Source of the DNA: a candidate division WOR-3 bacterium
GTDB lineage: Bacteria > Hydrothermota > UBA3072
NCBI GenBank assembly: GCA_016930175.1
Contig: JAFGHJ010000006.1
Location: forward strand, 68,086 to 132,085
Length of the DNA stretch: 64,000 nucleotides
Direction of reading: 5' to 3'
In this document: positions 39,117 to 48,866 of the stretch, piece after piece
How positions within the stretch are numbered: position 1 is the stretch's first letter
How the letters are laid out: each line of letters begins with the position of its first letter
Notes under the pieces: model-generated
What the model was told of the DNA's origin: nothing
Seen by the model: the letters and a program-made list of their open reading frames with translations, nothing else
Database searches by the model: none
Made by a program: the position numbers and the translations under genes

Positions 39117-39391
39117 AGTAATGTACGTTTTATTATTTATTAAAATTAATATTATGTCAAGAGGTGAGTTGAAAAAAAATAAAAAAAAATCAAAAGATAA
39201 TGAGGTAGAGTTAATCTTTGTTTGGCCACGTGCAAAAAGTTATACTCAAACGCTATAAATAAAGTGTTTACAAGTATTAAAGACGAATTTTACTCAAAGC
39301 AAAAACGGCTAAATTGGTATTCCTGCGATTTCTGTTTTTCTTTTGCGCTCTTTATCCTTGACAAGGAGCGTAAGTGAATTTATAATTTTAT

Positions 39392-41293
39392 ATGAATTTA
39401 CAAAAGGGACTTGCGGGTTTGCTTTTTGCTGGATATCTATTTTTGGTTTTTGTTCCTTTAAATATATCGATTTGGATTCCTGTAACGGTTCTTGCGATTC
39501 TATATTTTTTAATTATTGAGTGGGATGATATTTCATATTATTTTGCTCTCACAAGTATATCTTTTGCTGTGCAATTGGGCGGAGGGCTTTCATCTCCGCT
39601 TTTTGTTTCATACCTTCCTGTTCTTTTTTTACTTAAAAAAAGAGGCTTAAAGCTTAAATTCTGGTGGCTTATTTTACCTTTATTTTCCTTGTTTGCGAAA
39701 ATAACTTTTGTGCCCTACTTGATTTTTTATGGTGCGGTAGTTTTTTTATATGTTTTGCATCCAAAAGTACATGGGAAAAGAAATATTGTTACAGTCAAAT
39801 CGGCATATGATGGCGAAAAGATGGATATAAGGGAGGGACTTTCAGAGAAAAAAGAGTTACCTTCTACTATTTCAAATAAAATTTATGATTCTTTATCCGC
39901 AAGCGTGGATATAATAATTCGTATGTTTAACCCTTTCAGTGTTGTTTTATTGGTTGAAAAGGATCAGCCGTATGAATTCCAGGTCAGAATCGCAAGAAGC
40001 GGAGGGGAAATAGAGCCTTTGGTCGAGATAAACAAAGGTCCGCTCTCCTGGTTTTTAAAAAACGAGGGAGTTCTCGTAAATAATGATTTTAGTGATTCTT
40101 CGGTGAATTTGGGATATTATAAAAATGAAGCGAACATACAATGTTTCATGGCAAGTTCTATTAGGTTTAATGACGAGGTCGTTGGAATTATAGTGGTAGA
40201 CAGAACCGAAAAAAGACCATTCGACGAAAGAGATAAGGAGCTTTTATCAAGTGTTGTCAAAGGTTTATCGACTTTGTTTTCTCTTTATAAGCATATGAAT
40301 GTTTCAATGCTTGAAGCTTTTAGATTCCGTTCTCTTTTAAGTCTTACGGGGAAAGTGGCGGGAGAGATTAAATTAGAAGAGGTTAGAAAAAGTATTTTTG
40401 AAACAGTCAAAAACAGTTACAGGGATGTATGGACTATTTTTTTACTTAAAGAGGGGAACGAATATCATGTAACGGAAGAGGACGGGAGAAGATACTACCA
40501 GAGTTTGAGAAAAAGTATAATCGCTTTAGCTCTTGAAAAGAATATTTCTCTATGTAAGGCAGATCTTTCCAAAGAAACAAAAAGGCCTATTTTGTTTCCG
40601 GAAGAAAGAAATTTTGACGCAAAATCTTTATTGTTTTCTCCTTTCAGGGGTGACGTTAAGGGCGGGATATTACTTCTTTCTAAAAATATCGATTGGTTCG
40701 ATAGAAATAACGACCTGATGATTTTAAATATGATTACAGATATAGCAGCTTCTTCTGTAGAAAAAGCTGTTTTATATGATTATGAAAGGCAAAAAGCCAT
40801 AAGAGATGGGCTAACCGAAACCTACAATCACCGATTCTTTCAAGAGATGTTAGACAATAAAATTGCAGAGGCCCAGCGTAATAATGAGCCAATTTCTTTA
40901 CTGATGATTGATCTGGATAACTTTAAATTAATTAATGACCAGTTTGGGCATCAGAATGGAGATATGATTTTACGGGAGGTTGGGCGATTAATGAAAGAGA
41001 GAATAAGGGCTTCTGATATCCTTGCAAGATATGGGGGAGAGGAATTTTCTATAATATTACCCAAAACTGCAGCCTCGGAAGGATACAAGCTTGCAGAAAA
41101 TCTTCGCGATACAATAGAAAACAAAATATTTGTTTCTCCTGAAGATATTAAGTTTAGAATTACCATATCAATAGGGGTTTCTGAGCTTGGAAAACATGCA
41201 GATAATAAGCCGGACCTCATAGCGGCTGCTGATAGAGGTTTATATAATGCTAAAAAGGGGGGAAAAAATCGTACCGAGATAGCCGAATATTAA
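39392..41293 (+). CDS. Membrane-anchored GAF-like/GGDEF diguanylate cyclase
   Basis: 633 aa. About five N-terminal TM helices, a central sensor region, and a C-terminal GGDEF with an intact RYGGEEF. Confidence 0.8.
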   Translation: MNLQKGLAGLLFAGYLFLVFVPLNISIWIPVTVLAILYFLIIEWDDISYYFALTSISFAVQLGGGLSSPLFVSYLPVLFLLKKRGLKLKFWWLILPLFSLFAKITFVPYLIFYGAVVFLYVLHPKVHGKRNIVTVKSAYDGEKMDIREGLSEKKELPSTISNKIYDSLSASVDIIIRMFNPFSVVLLVEKDQPYEFQVRIARSGGEIEPLVEINKGPLSWFLKNEGVLVNNDFSDSSVNLGYYKNEANIQCFMASSIRFNDEVVGIIVVDRTEKRPFDERDKELLSSVVKGLSTLFSLYKHMNVSMLEAFRFRSLLSLTGKVAGEIKLEEVRKSIFETVKNSYRDVWTIFLLKEGNEYHVTEEDGRRYYQSLRKSIIALALEKNISLCKADLSKETKRPILFPEERNFDAKSLLFSPFRGDVKGGILLLSKNIDWFDRNNDLMILNMITDIAASSVEKAVLYDYERQKAIRDGLTETYNHRFFQEMLDNKIAEAQRNNEPISLLMIDLDNFKLINDQFGHQNGDMILREVGRLMKERIRASDILARYGGEEFSIILPKTAASEGYKLAENLRDTIENKIFVSPEDIKFRITISIGVSELGKHADNKPDLIAAADRGLYNAKKGGKNRTEIAEY

Positions 41294-41359
41294 ATTTTTT
41301 ATTCACAAGTATTTACGCCGAATTTTTTCGAGAATTCGGACCGTTGTTTAGGAATCTTA

Positions 41360-41465
41360 TTTTTTTTCTCTGTGTTCTCTTAAAAACATAAAATTGAAGG
41401 GGCGTGTGGTTGAGTTTTGTGTTCTCTGTGTCCTCTGTGGTAAAAAAGGGGAGGGGGGGTGGAAA
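41360..41465 (+). repeat. Member of the dispersed composite repeat family: CTCTGTG(N2-3)CTCTGTGG, then an A-run, then a G-rich tract
   Basis: The sequence is ttctctgtgttctct...ttgtgttctctgtgtcctctgtggtaaaaaaggggagggggggtgg. It is near-identical in architecture to the reverse complement of 50225-50300 and to 62590-62640. A TTGACT-17-TATATT promoter follows. Confidence 0.45.
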
Positions 41466-41510
41466 GAAGTCTTGACTTACTTTTTATTTTTGTTATATTT
41501 TACTTTGGTT

Positions 41511-44500
41511 ATGTTTACTTTTGGAGATCAATCCAATCTAATTGATAAAGCCCGAAGGGTTGCCTCGAAGGGAGATTATCTTAAAGCTGTTAAAATATTG
41601 CAGGGTGCTTTAAGAAATGACGAATCGGACCTTCCCCTTATTCTTGAGATGATGCATTTATACCATTCTATAGATAAATTAAATGAAGTGATTATCTGGG
41701 CGGAGAAAGGCGCTGGTCTTTCCGCTAAAGCGAAAAAGAAAGTTGTCGGAGAAGTAGAGGATTTGTTCTATGGCAGAGGTAAACCTGACCGCTTGGCGGA
41801 ATATCTTATGGAAAAATGGATCGAAAGGATGGACTTTGAAGGTGTTGCCGATCTTTTCAGGGATATGAGCGAAGAGAGTAAAGAAGCTTTTATCAAAAGA
41901 GAGGAACAGGTTGTTAAAAACATTCTTAATAATAAAACAGAATTTAGTGCGAGAGATTTTACTCATCTATATCTATACGCCATAATGAAAGAAGGAAGGG
42001 AAAGCAAAGAGGCGTTAAGGATATTTAAGATAATATTAGAAAAAAAACCAGACGAAATACATAATATCTCGCTGGAATTGAGAAGAGCAGAAAGAGAAAA
42101 ATACGGAGACGCTTACCTGAAATTAGGTTTAGGCGATTTGTTGCTTAAGGACAAACATTATAAAGAGGGTGTTTCTAAACTGCGTGAAGCTGTAAATACA
42201 AAACCAGAACTACAGGAAGAAGTAATTTCAATTTTATCTCCTTACGGGAAGAAATCGAAAGAAATAATTGATTATTTAAGTGAATTGTTGATTGAATCGG
42301 GGAAGGAGGAAAAAGCGCTGGATCTTTTGGAAGATTTTGAGGTAGATGATGCGATAAAAAAGTACCAGCAAATGGTAAAAAAGGATCCAGACAATCCGGC
42401 TATTCATAAACAATTAGCTGAAGCCTATATAAAAAAGGAAAGGATATCTGAAGGATTGAAGGAATTTCTCTCTGCCGTTTCAATTGAAGCTGACGAAGAG
42501 ATAGGCAGGAAAGTAAAGGAGCTTGAAGGAAAAATTCCTAAGGATGTTGATAATTTTCTTAACATGGCGAAAGTTTATAGTGCGCTTGAGTGGAAAGAAG
42601 AGACTGTTGCTCTTCTTGGCAAAGCATTTGAAAATTCTCCTTCTTCGTCAAATACAATCCTTGAAAATTTAAACCAGATGTTTGAAGGAAAGGAAGTGTC
42701 ATCAGAGGCTTTACTCTTAAAAGCGAGAATGCTTTCAAGAGAAGGGGAGACGGAAGCTGCGCTTCAAATTTACAAGGAATTGTCTTTAGATCCAGAGAAA
42801 ACGGAACAGATTAAAGAAGAGCTTCAAAAGTTTAAGCAAGAAAATCCGGTTAGCACAGAAGGAGAAATTGTTTCTTTAATGCTTCAAATACCGGACAGAC
42901 CTGAAGAAATTGCCGAAAAAGTTAATCTTATAATTTCAGAGCAGACTGATTATATACCTGTTATGCTTACTGAATTTGATAAAAGGGTAAAGGCAAAGCC
43001 GGAGTTCACCCAGCAATTCCTTAAATTTTACAAGAACCTGAATAGGCAGGATTTTCCTCCCTTTACTTATCCGTTTGCATTAGCTGAATTATACCGATTA
43101 TCAAATGAATTCGATAAGGCAGAGAGTAGTTACAAAGAAGCTATAGATGAAGACCCGGAAAGATTTAAATTTATTATAACCTATCTGCAGGGTTATCGAG
43201 ATGAACCCAGAATAAGAAAACTTATTTCTTCTTTATATTTTCATAAAGGAGAGTTTGAGAAAGGCTGCAGGGAAATAGAAAATGCTGCAAGGGAGTTTCC
43301 CGACTATGTAGGCGAGATAACAACTTTTCTAATAAACGAAGTAAAGAAAAGACAAAGTAACGAAGCTATCTCACGTGTACTTACAAAAATATTGATTCAA
43401 AATGATTATTACGAAGAAGCCATCAAGTGGGGATCGCAGGTTTTAGAAGCCTTAGAATTAGAGGAGCAGCCGGAGTTAATGCTTTCTCTGGCGAAAGCAA
43501 ATTCAAAAGTTGGCAATTTGTCGAACGCGGCGGGACTTATTAGAAGAGCCGTAGGATTGGATCATTCTCTTTCAGGAAAAGCAGTCGAAGTTCTTGAAGA
43601 AATAAGAACCGAGGGCAATGCTGAATATGAGACGCTTATGACTCTTTATAGGCTGTATAGAGAAGCAGGTAATGTTGATAAAGCAGTTCATTGTTTGGAA
43701 GAAGCGCTTGCTCAAAATCAGAGTATGGTTGAAATAATGAAAGAAGAAAGTGAGAAGCTGATTGATATTGCTCCAATTCATGCTGCTCTCAGGATTTTTT
43801 ACGGTAAAGTTAAACTTCTCCTGGGTGATTTATCTGGTATTGAAGAAATAGAAAAGGGGATTCGTTTTGACCCCAAATTGAAAAGCTCAGCGGTTGCAGC
43901 CTTGGAAAAATTTGAGGACCCCGATATTGAAAAAAGCATAGTTGTTTTAAGAGCTGGAATAGAGAAGGATTTAGGGCATGCGGAACAGGCTTTGGAGTAT
44001 TTTATCGAAGCTTATTGGTCTAATGAAGAAAAGCGAGACAAAATGGTGGAGGAAATAGGAGTTTTACTGCCTAAAGTAGAGTTGAAAAAAGAGTTAGTTG
44101 GTAATTTATTAAAAATTTATGCAAACGAAGAGCGCAATGCGCCTCTTATTGGTATAATAGAAGAATTTTTTGATGGTTCAGAGGAAAAAGGGAAATATTT
44201 ATTGCAAGAAATTGAGAATTTATTTCAAGAAACGTTCCCTTTGCCTATCCGTCTTGCACTTGCCAAGATTCAATATCAAGTTGGAGATAAGGAGAAGAGC
44301 AGGGTTGAAATGGAAGAATTGCTAAATGCCTTTCCGGAGGTTTCCGAAAAGCTAAAAGAGTTTATTGATCCTGACGATGAAGAGATGCTTCCTTTGCTTA
44401 TTAGAGTTAATCTCTCTCTTTCTGATTGGGATACTGCGATTCGATATATGAAGGAAGTAGACATAAAAGAACAGTTACCTTTTTATGAACAGTTACTTGA

Positions 44501-45068
44501 TAAATATTCGGACAACGAAGAAATTGTCAAGGAGGGAGCTTACCTTTATTTCGTTGCAGGAGATAAGGGAAAGGCCGGTTTTTATCTTGAAAAAGTTAAG
44601 AAACCAGGCGATAAAGAAAAAGTCCTCTTGTGGTTTCTCGGGAAAAATGTTAAAGTTAGTATAAAGGAAATAGAAGGGGTAAGGAGGCAGGTACTTCTGG
44701 ACAGACTTAAGATAACAGATATTCCTGAAGAACGAGTTCTTTTGTACATCAAATTAAAAGATTTAGAGAGCGCATTTGAAGAAATAGAAAAAGTAGGGAA
44801 CGAGAGAAGAGAATTTCTTTTGAGTATTTTAGAATCTGAGGTTGGGGATTATTGGGGGGCGTATCAGCGTCTTTCGCATTTAGAATCAAAGGAAGATTAC
44901 GTCGAAAAAAGAATGCTACTGGCTTTTTATGGAGGAAATACGGAGCTTGCATTGAGCCTCCTTTCGAAAGCAGAGATGAATCCTATGAAGAAGAAGTCGT
45001 ATGTGTCGGCCATGTTAAAAGAAGCAACAGAAAAATACAAAAGGATAAGACCTCTTATAAGGAGGTAA
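41511..45068 (+). CDS. Giant TPR-repeat protein. Start uncertain: the listed ORF begins at 41394 but overlaps the repeat element.
   Basis: About 1185-1224 aa, composed almost entirely of TPR-like helical repeats with charged linkers. No catalytic motif. Confidence 0.55.
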   Translation: MFTFGDQSNLIDKARRVASKGDYLKAVKILQGALRNDESDLPLILEMMHLYHSIDKLNEVIIWAEKGAGLSAKAKKKVVGEVEDLFYGRGKPDRLAEYLMEKWIERMDFEGVADLFRDMSEESKEAFIKREEQVVKNILNNKTEFSARDFTHLYLYAIMKEGRESKEALRIFKIILEKKPDEIHNISLELRRAEREKYGDAYLKLGLGDLLLKDKHYKEGVSKLREAVNTKPELQEEVISILSPYGKKSKEIIDYLSELLIESGKEEKALDLLEDFEVDDAIKKYQQMVKKDPDNPAIHKQLAEAYIKKERISEGLKEFLSAVSIEADEEIGRKVKELEGKIPKDVDNFLNMAKVYSALEWKEETVALLGKAFENSPSSSNTILENLNQMFEGKEVSSEALLLKARMLSREGETEAALQIYKELSLDPEKTEQIKEELQKFKQENPVSTEGEIVSLMLQIPDRPEEIAEKVNLIISEQTDYIPVMLTEFDKRVKAKPEFTQQFLKFYKNLNRQDFPPFTYPFALAELYRLSNEFDKAESSYKEAIDEDPERFKFIITYLQGYRDEPRIRKLISSLYFHKGEFEKGCREIENAAREFPDYVGEITTFLINEVKKRQSNEAISRVLTKILIQNDYYEEAIKWGSQVLEALELEEQPELMLSLAKANSKVGNLSNAAGLIRRAVGLDHSLSGKAVEVLEEIRTEGNAEYETLMTLYRLYREAGNVDKAVHCLEEALAQNQSMVEIMKEESEKLIDIAPIHAALRIFYGKVKLLLGDLSGIEEIEKGIRFDPKLKSSAVAALEKFEDPDIEKSIVVLRAGIEKDLGHAEQALEYFIEAYWSNEEKRDKMVEEIGVLLPKVELKKELVGNLLKIYANEERNAPLIGIIEEFFDGSEEKGKYLLQEIENLFQETFPLPIRLALAKIQYQVGDKEKSRVEMEELLNAFPEVSEKLKEFIDPDDEEMLPLLIRVNLSLSDWDTAIRYMKEVDIKEQLPFYEQLLDKYSDNEEIVKEGAYLYFVAGDKGKAGFYLEKVKKPGDKEKVLLWFLGKNVKVSIKEIEGVRRQVLLDRLKITDIPEERVLLYIKLKDLESAFEEIEKVGNERREFLLSILESEVGDYWGAYQRLSHLESKEDYVEKRMLLAFYGGNTELALSLLSKAEMNPMKKKSYVSAMLKEATEKYKRIRPLIRR

Positions 45069-45074
45069 TTTTTT

Positions 45075-46142
45075 ATGGAAGAAGGAAATAAAAAAAGGAA
45101 AGATAAAAATTCTAACAAGAAGAAAGAAGACAAGAAATCTGCTGATGAAATAATCAAGCGTAAAAATGAAACAATTGAGGTTTTACGAAATCTGGGCAAG
45201 GCTCAGCATAATGATCTATATGAGTTACGATCTTTGCTTAATGTTAAGTTAGGGGAAATTTCTTCAGTTCTTCAGAAATTTTCTAAGGATTTGGATATTA
45301 AGCTTGAAGAAGAATTCGTTTCTTTAAAGGATGTTGCCCAATCCGGGATTGATAATCTATCGGAGGAGGCTAAAAAGAGCCCTGAGAAATTGCTGGAAAA
45401 GACAGAAGAACTTAGGAAAACATTGGCTGAGGAAATAGAATCTTCAGCGGATGTTGTAAGTAACGGTTTATCTCATATTGGGGAAGTTTTTGAAAAACTT
45501 GAGGGGGCTTTTAAAGAAGAAATTAATGCCCTTAGAGAGACTTTACAAAAAGTTTTTGAAGAGATGTACATGCAATTCAAAGAGTCTTCAGAAGAGTTGA
45601 AAGGACTGTCTTCTTTGGTAGAAAAGTACGTGGAAGATTTTAAGGCAGAAAGGGAAAAATTTGATAAGAGAAGGAATAAAGAGGAAGCACGCAGAATTAA
45701 CGATATGGCCGTGAAAAACTTTTATGCGGGAAGGGTAGAAAGTGCAATTCGACAATTCAAAGAAGCGGTTCTTTTAGATGATTCCTCTCCGGAGATATTA
45801 ACAAATCTTGGAGTTGCACTTTCAAAGGACGGAAAACAAAAAGACGCCCGTAAGGTATTTGAGAAAGTTTTGGAAAAAAGGCCTGATATGATTGAAGCTC
45901 AGGTTGGGTTGGGGCTTATAATGTTTGAGAGAGGGAATATAGATGAAGCGATTGAGATTTTTAAAGATGCAAGCAAAAAAGATGAAGTAGAGGCATTTGC
46001 TTATGCAAATTTGGGATATGCTTATGAGCAAAAAGAATTGATAGATAAAGCTGTTTCAAACTGGGAGAAGGCGATTGAACTTGACCCAATGTTGAAAGAT
46101 GTAGAAGATAAGCTTAAATTATACAAAGATAAGGAGGCTTGA
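45075..46142 (+). CDS. Coiled-coil / TPR-repeat protein
   Basis: 355 aa. An N-terminal charged coiled-coil, then C-terminal canonical TPRs (AYANLGYAYEQKELIDKAVSNWEKAIELDP). Its start is 7 nt after the giant TPR gene. Confidence 0.55.
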   Translation: MEEGNKKRKDKNSNKKKEDKKSADEIIKRKNETIEVLRNLGKAQHNDLYELRSLLNVKLGEISSVLQKFSKDLDIKLEEEFVSLKDVAQSGIDNLSEEAKKSPEKLLEKTEELRKTLAEEIESSADVVSNGLSHIGEVFEKLEGAFKEEINALRETLQKVFEEMYMQFKESSEELKGLSSLVEKYVEDFKAEREKFDKRRNKEEARRINDMAVKNFYAGRVESAIRQFKEAVLLDDSSPEILTNLGVALSKDGKQKDARKVFEKVLEKRPDMIEAQVGLGLIMFERGNIDEAIEIFKDASKKDEVEAFAYANLGYAYEQKELIDKAVSNWEKAIELDPMLKDVEDKLKLYKDKEA

Positions 46143-46432
46143 TGGACCAGAATAAATCTCCTTTTGAAGAGATTTTTAAAAAAGAGGAAAGTCGTAAAAA
46201 AGAAGAAGAGAAAGAAAAAGGTATTTTAGATGCTCTGGATAACGAAGAGAAAAGTCTTTTCGAAGAACCTTCTAAAGCCGAAATTGGCCCCCTGGAACAC
46301 AACGACGAAAAAGAAGGTGGTTCTTCCAAGGAAAAACGTTATCGAAAACTTTTAGACGAACTTGTCGAAAAGAAGTATTTTGAAGAAGCTATAAATCTTA
46401 TTGGTGAAATGAAAGCGGAGTTTGGTCAATAA
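46139..46432 (+). CDS. Small acidic hypothetical protein
   Basis: 97 aa, rich in E and K. It overlaps the previous stop by ATGA. Coding status is uncertain. Confidence 0.3.
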   Translation: MMDQNKSPFEEIFKKEESRKKEEEKEKGILDALDNEEKSLFEEPSKAEIGPLEHNDEKEGGSSKEKRYRKLLDELVEKKYFEEAINLIGEMKAEFGQ

Positions 46433-46454
46433 AGAAAGAAAATACCAAGTATAA

Positions 46455-47180
46455 ATGTTGGAGCTTTCAGTAGACAAAAAAGTATTTATAGTCTCAGACA
46501 CTCATTTTCAGGATTGGTCGGATGAAGAAGAAGTTGAAACTTTTCTTTTGTTCCTTGAAAAAGTTATTAAAGAAGGGGATGAATTGTTTTTACTTGGAGA
46601 CATTTTTGATTTTTATTTTGAATATAAATCATATATTCCTAAGAGTTTTTTTAAAATATTTTTTGATTTGAAAAGAGCTGTTAAGGAAGGCGTTAATATT
46701 CATTACTGGATAGGCAATCATGATTTCTGGATAGGTGATTTTATAGGGGGACTCGGAATTGTTAAGCACCTTGGTCCTGAGGTCGTTAAGCTTGGAGGGA
46801 AAAGGATTTTAGTGCAGCATGGAGATGAAATAGATGGTAATTTTATGGTAAAGAAATTTTTATCCAACAGATTTTCAAGAGCACTCTTTTACTTAATTCA
46901 TCCTGAAGTGGGTATGCAAATGGCGAAAGCTGTTTCAAGGTTTTCTCAAGCGAATTCAAGAGGTTTGGAAGTTAGTGGAGAAGCCTTTGAAAAGTTTGCA
47001 AAAGAGAAATTTAGAGAAGGATTTGACGCAGTCATAATGGGTCATTTTCATAAGTCTTATTTGTACCAAGAAAATGGAAAAACACTTGCCATTTTTGGGG
47101 ACTGGAAGCGGTGTCGTTCTTACGGGGTAATTTCAAACGGCAACATATTTTTTAAGCTATTCAACCAATCTCCCAAATGA
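46455..47180 (+). CDS. LpxH-like calcineurin-type metallophosphoesterase (UDP-2,3-diacylglucosamine hydrolase family)
   Basis: Metallophosphatase motifs DTHF, GDIFD, GNHD, GHFH at LpxH-typical spacing. 241 aa. Confidence 0.5.
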   Translation: MLELSVDKKVFIVSDTHFQDWSDEEEVETFLLFLEKVIKEGDELFLLGDIFDFYFEYKSYIPKSFFKIFFDLKRAVKEGVNIHYWIGNHDFWIGDFIGGLGIVKHLGPEVVKLGGKRILVQHGDEIDGNFMVKKFLSNRFSRALFYLIHPEVGMQMAKAVSRFSQANSRGLEVSGEAFEKFAKEKFREGFDAVIMGHFHKSYLYQENGKTLAIFGDWKRCRSYGVISNGNIFFKLFNQSPK

Positions 47181-47839
47181 TAAAGTCCGTATTTAAAAGT
47201 AATCTGTAGTATTTCTTTTTTGTCTTTTTTGTTCATTGTTTTCCACACTTGAAATCTTCCTTTTTTAAGAGATTCTATCGATTCTTTTAAAGGCGTAAAA
47301 AAAAGAGACTCTTTGGATGCGCATTTTTTACATTTTGTACCGCCTCCTTCTATATCGAAATAATCTAATTCTTTTGATCCGCATGTTATGCATTTATCCA
47401 TTTGGGGTGGAATTCCCTGAAGTTTAAAAAGGGAGAAAAAAAAATAAATTAAGACTTCCTCCTTAAAACCTTTATCAAGGAAACCAAGAGATCTTTTTTC
47501 CAGACCAAAAAGACCATCCATTGGGGAGGGAATTTTCCTTCCTATCCAAATTAAGCTCCAGCCTATATTTAATCTATATAAATCTTTTTTTAATAATTGA
47601 TGCCCGTTTTTAATATTTGCTTCTTTTAGTGTTCCTAAACTCTTACCCGGTTTTATATAGTATACGAGCTGAGCCAGATTTAACGGTTCTATGTTGCCTG
47701 AAAATTGGGACTTTGTTCGCCTGGCTCCTTTTGCAACAAGAGAAAGACGCTGGGAATCTGAAGATAGAATGTGAATTATTTTGCTTGTGTTGCGAAAATC
47801 GTAGCTCTTGAGGATTATTGCATCCTTTCTTATTAACAT
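47120..47839 (-). CDS. recO: DNA repair protein RecO
   Basis: 239 aa. An N-terminal OB fold (DAIILKSYDFRNTSKII) and a C-terminal zinc finger (CITCGS...CKKCAS). Confidence 0.8.
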   Translation of the reverse strand: MLIRKDAIILKSYDFRNTSKIIHILSSDSQRLSLVAKGARRTKSQFSGNIEPLNLAQLVYYIKPGKSLGTLKEANIKNGHQLLKKDLYRLNIGWSLIWIGRKIPSPMDGLFGLEKRSLGFLDKGFKEEVLIYFFFSLFKLQGIPPQMDKCITCGSKELDYFDIEGGGTKCKKCASKESLFFTPLKESIESLKKGRFQVWKTMNKKDKKEILQITFKYGLYHLGDWLNSLKNMLPFEITP

Positions 47840-47846
47840 GTATCCC

Positions 47847-48866
47847 TTAGCATATGCGAGGAAGCTGATCTCCTACAAGGCGATCAACAATTCTTTCCCC
47901 TCCGACGATTGTTTCAAGAACGACTTTCCCCTTATTTTCTTTAGTGATTTCTCCTATTATGGAGGCTTCTTTTCCTAAGGCGTGTTTTTTCATCTTCGAA
48001 AGAATAAACGCGGCTTTGTCTTTATTTGTCACGGCTATAACTTTACCTTCGTTTGCGACATAGAGAGGATCGAGACCGAGAATTTCCGAGAAAGAGTATA
48101 CGTTTTCGTGAATTGGGAGTTTTCTTTCGTCGATTTTAATGCCGAACCCGGAAATTTCTGCAATTTCACATAAAACAGTTGCGACTCCGCCTCTTGTAGG
48201 GTCTCTCATGAATTTTATTCCACCTACGATTAGCATACTTTCTATTAATTCCCATAAAGGAGCGCAATCACTTTTTATATTTGTTTTAAAATTCTCCCTT
48301 TTGCTCATAACGGCTAAGCCGTGAGACCCGATTTCTCCATTTATAATAATTTTGTCTCCGGGTTTTATCTTTTTTTTGGAAAGGGTTAGCCCTTTTTGTA
48401 GAATGCCGACGCCTGAAGTATTTATAAATGCTTTATCGGCACTTCCTTTCTCTACGACTTTTGTGTCTCCAGTAACGATTTGTACCCTGGCGCTCCTGGC
48501 GGCCTTTGCCATAGAAGTTGTGATTTTATCCAGAATTTCCCAATCTAGACCTTCTTCTAAGATAAAAGAACACGAGATATAGAGGGGTTTTGCGCCCATT
48601 ACCGAGAGATCGTTCACTGTGCCGTTTACAGCTAAAGTTCCTATATCTCCGCCCGGGAAAAAGAGAGGATTTACGACGTAAGAATCCGTTGTGAAGCATA
48701 AGTTTTTTTCTCCTGTAGACTTTAATACGGCAGAATCGGTTAGTAGCCTTAGAATTGGATTGTCGAATTTATCGAGCATTAGTTCTTTTATCAGGGAACT
48801 CATCGCTATACCGCCGCTTCCGTGAGAGAGCAAAATTTTTCTATTTTTTATTTCTGTCTTTTTCAT
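47847..48866 (-). CDS. hypE: Hydrogenase maturation carbamoyl dehydratase
   Basis: 339 aa of the PurM-like fold. The C-terminus ends in the conserved ...PRIC motif. Confidence 0.9.
   Translation of the reverse strand: MKKTEIKNRKILLSHGSGGIAMSSLIKELMLDKFDNPILRLLTDSAVLKSTGEKNLCFTTDSYVVNPLFFPGGDIGTLAVNGTVNDLSVMGAKPLYISCSFILEEGLDWEILDKITTSMAKAARSARVQIVTGDTKVVEKGSADKAFINTSGVGILQKGLTLSKKKIKPGDKIIINGEIGSHGLAVMSKRENFKTNIKSDCAPLWELIESMLIVGGIKFMRDPTRGGVATVLCEIAEISGFGIKIDERKLPIHENVYSFSEILGLDPLYVANEGKVIAVTNKDKAAFILSKMKKHALGKEASIIGEITKENKGKVVLETIVGGERIVDRLVGDQLPRIC

Noticed and set aside
38796-39143. + strand 115-aa ORF inside dnaA
   Set aside because: It is antisense to a strongly supported dnaA. The peptide is Phe-rich and low-complexity.
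41394-41510. N-terminal 39 aa of the giant TPR ORF
   Set aside because: This segment overlaps the CTCTGTG/G-rich repeat element and a TTGACT-17-TATATT promoter. The true start is more likely the ATG at 41511. I am not certain of this.
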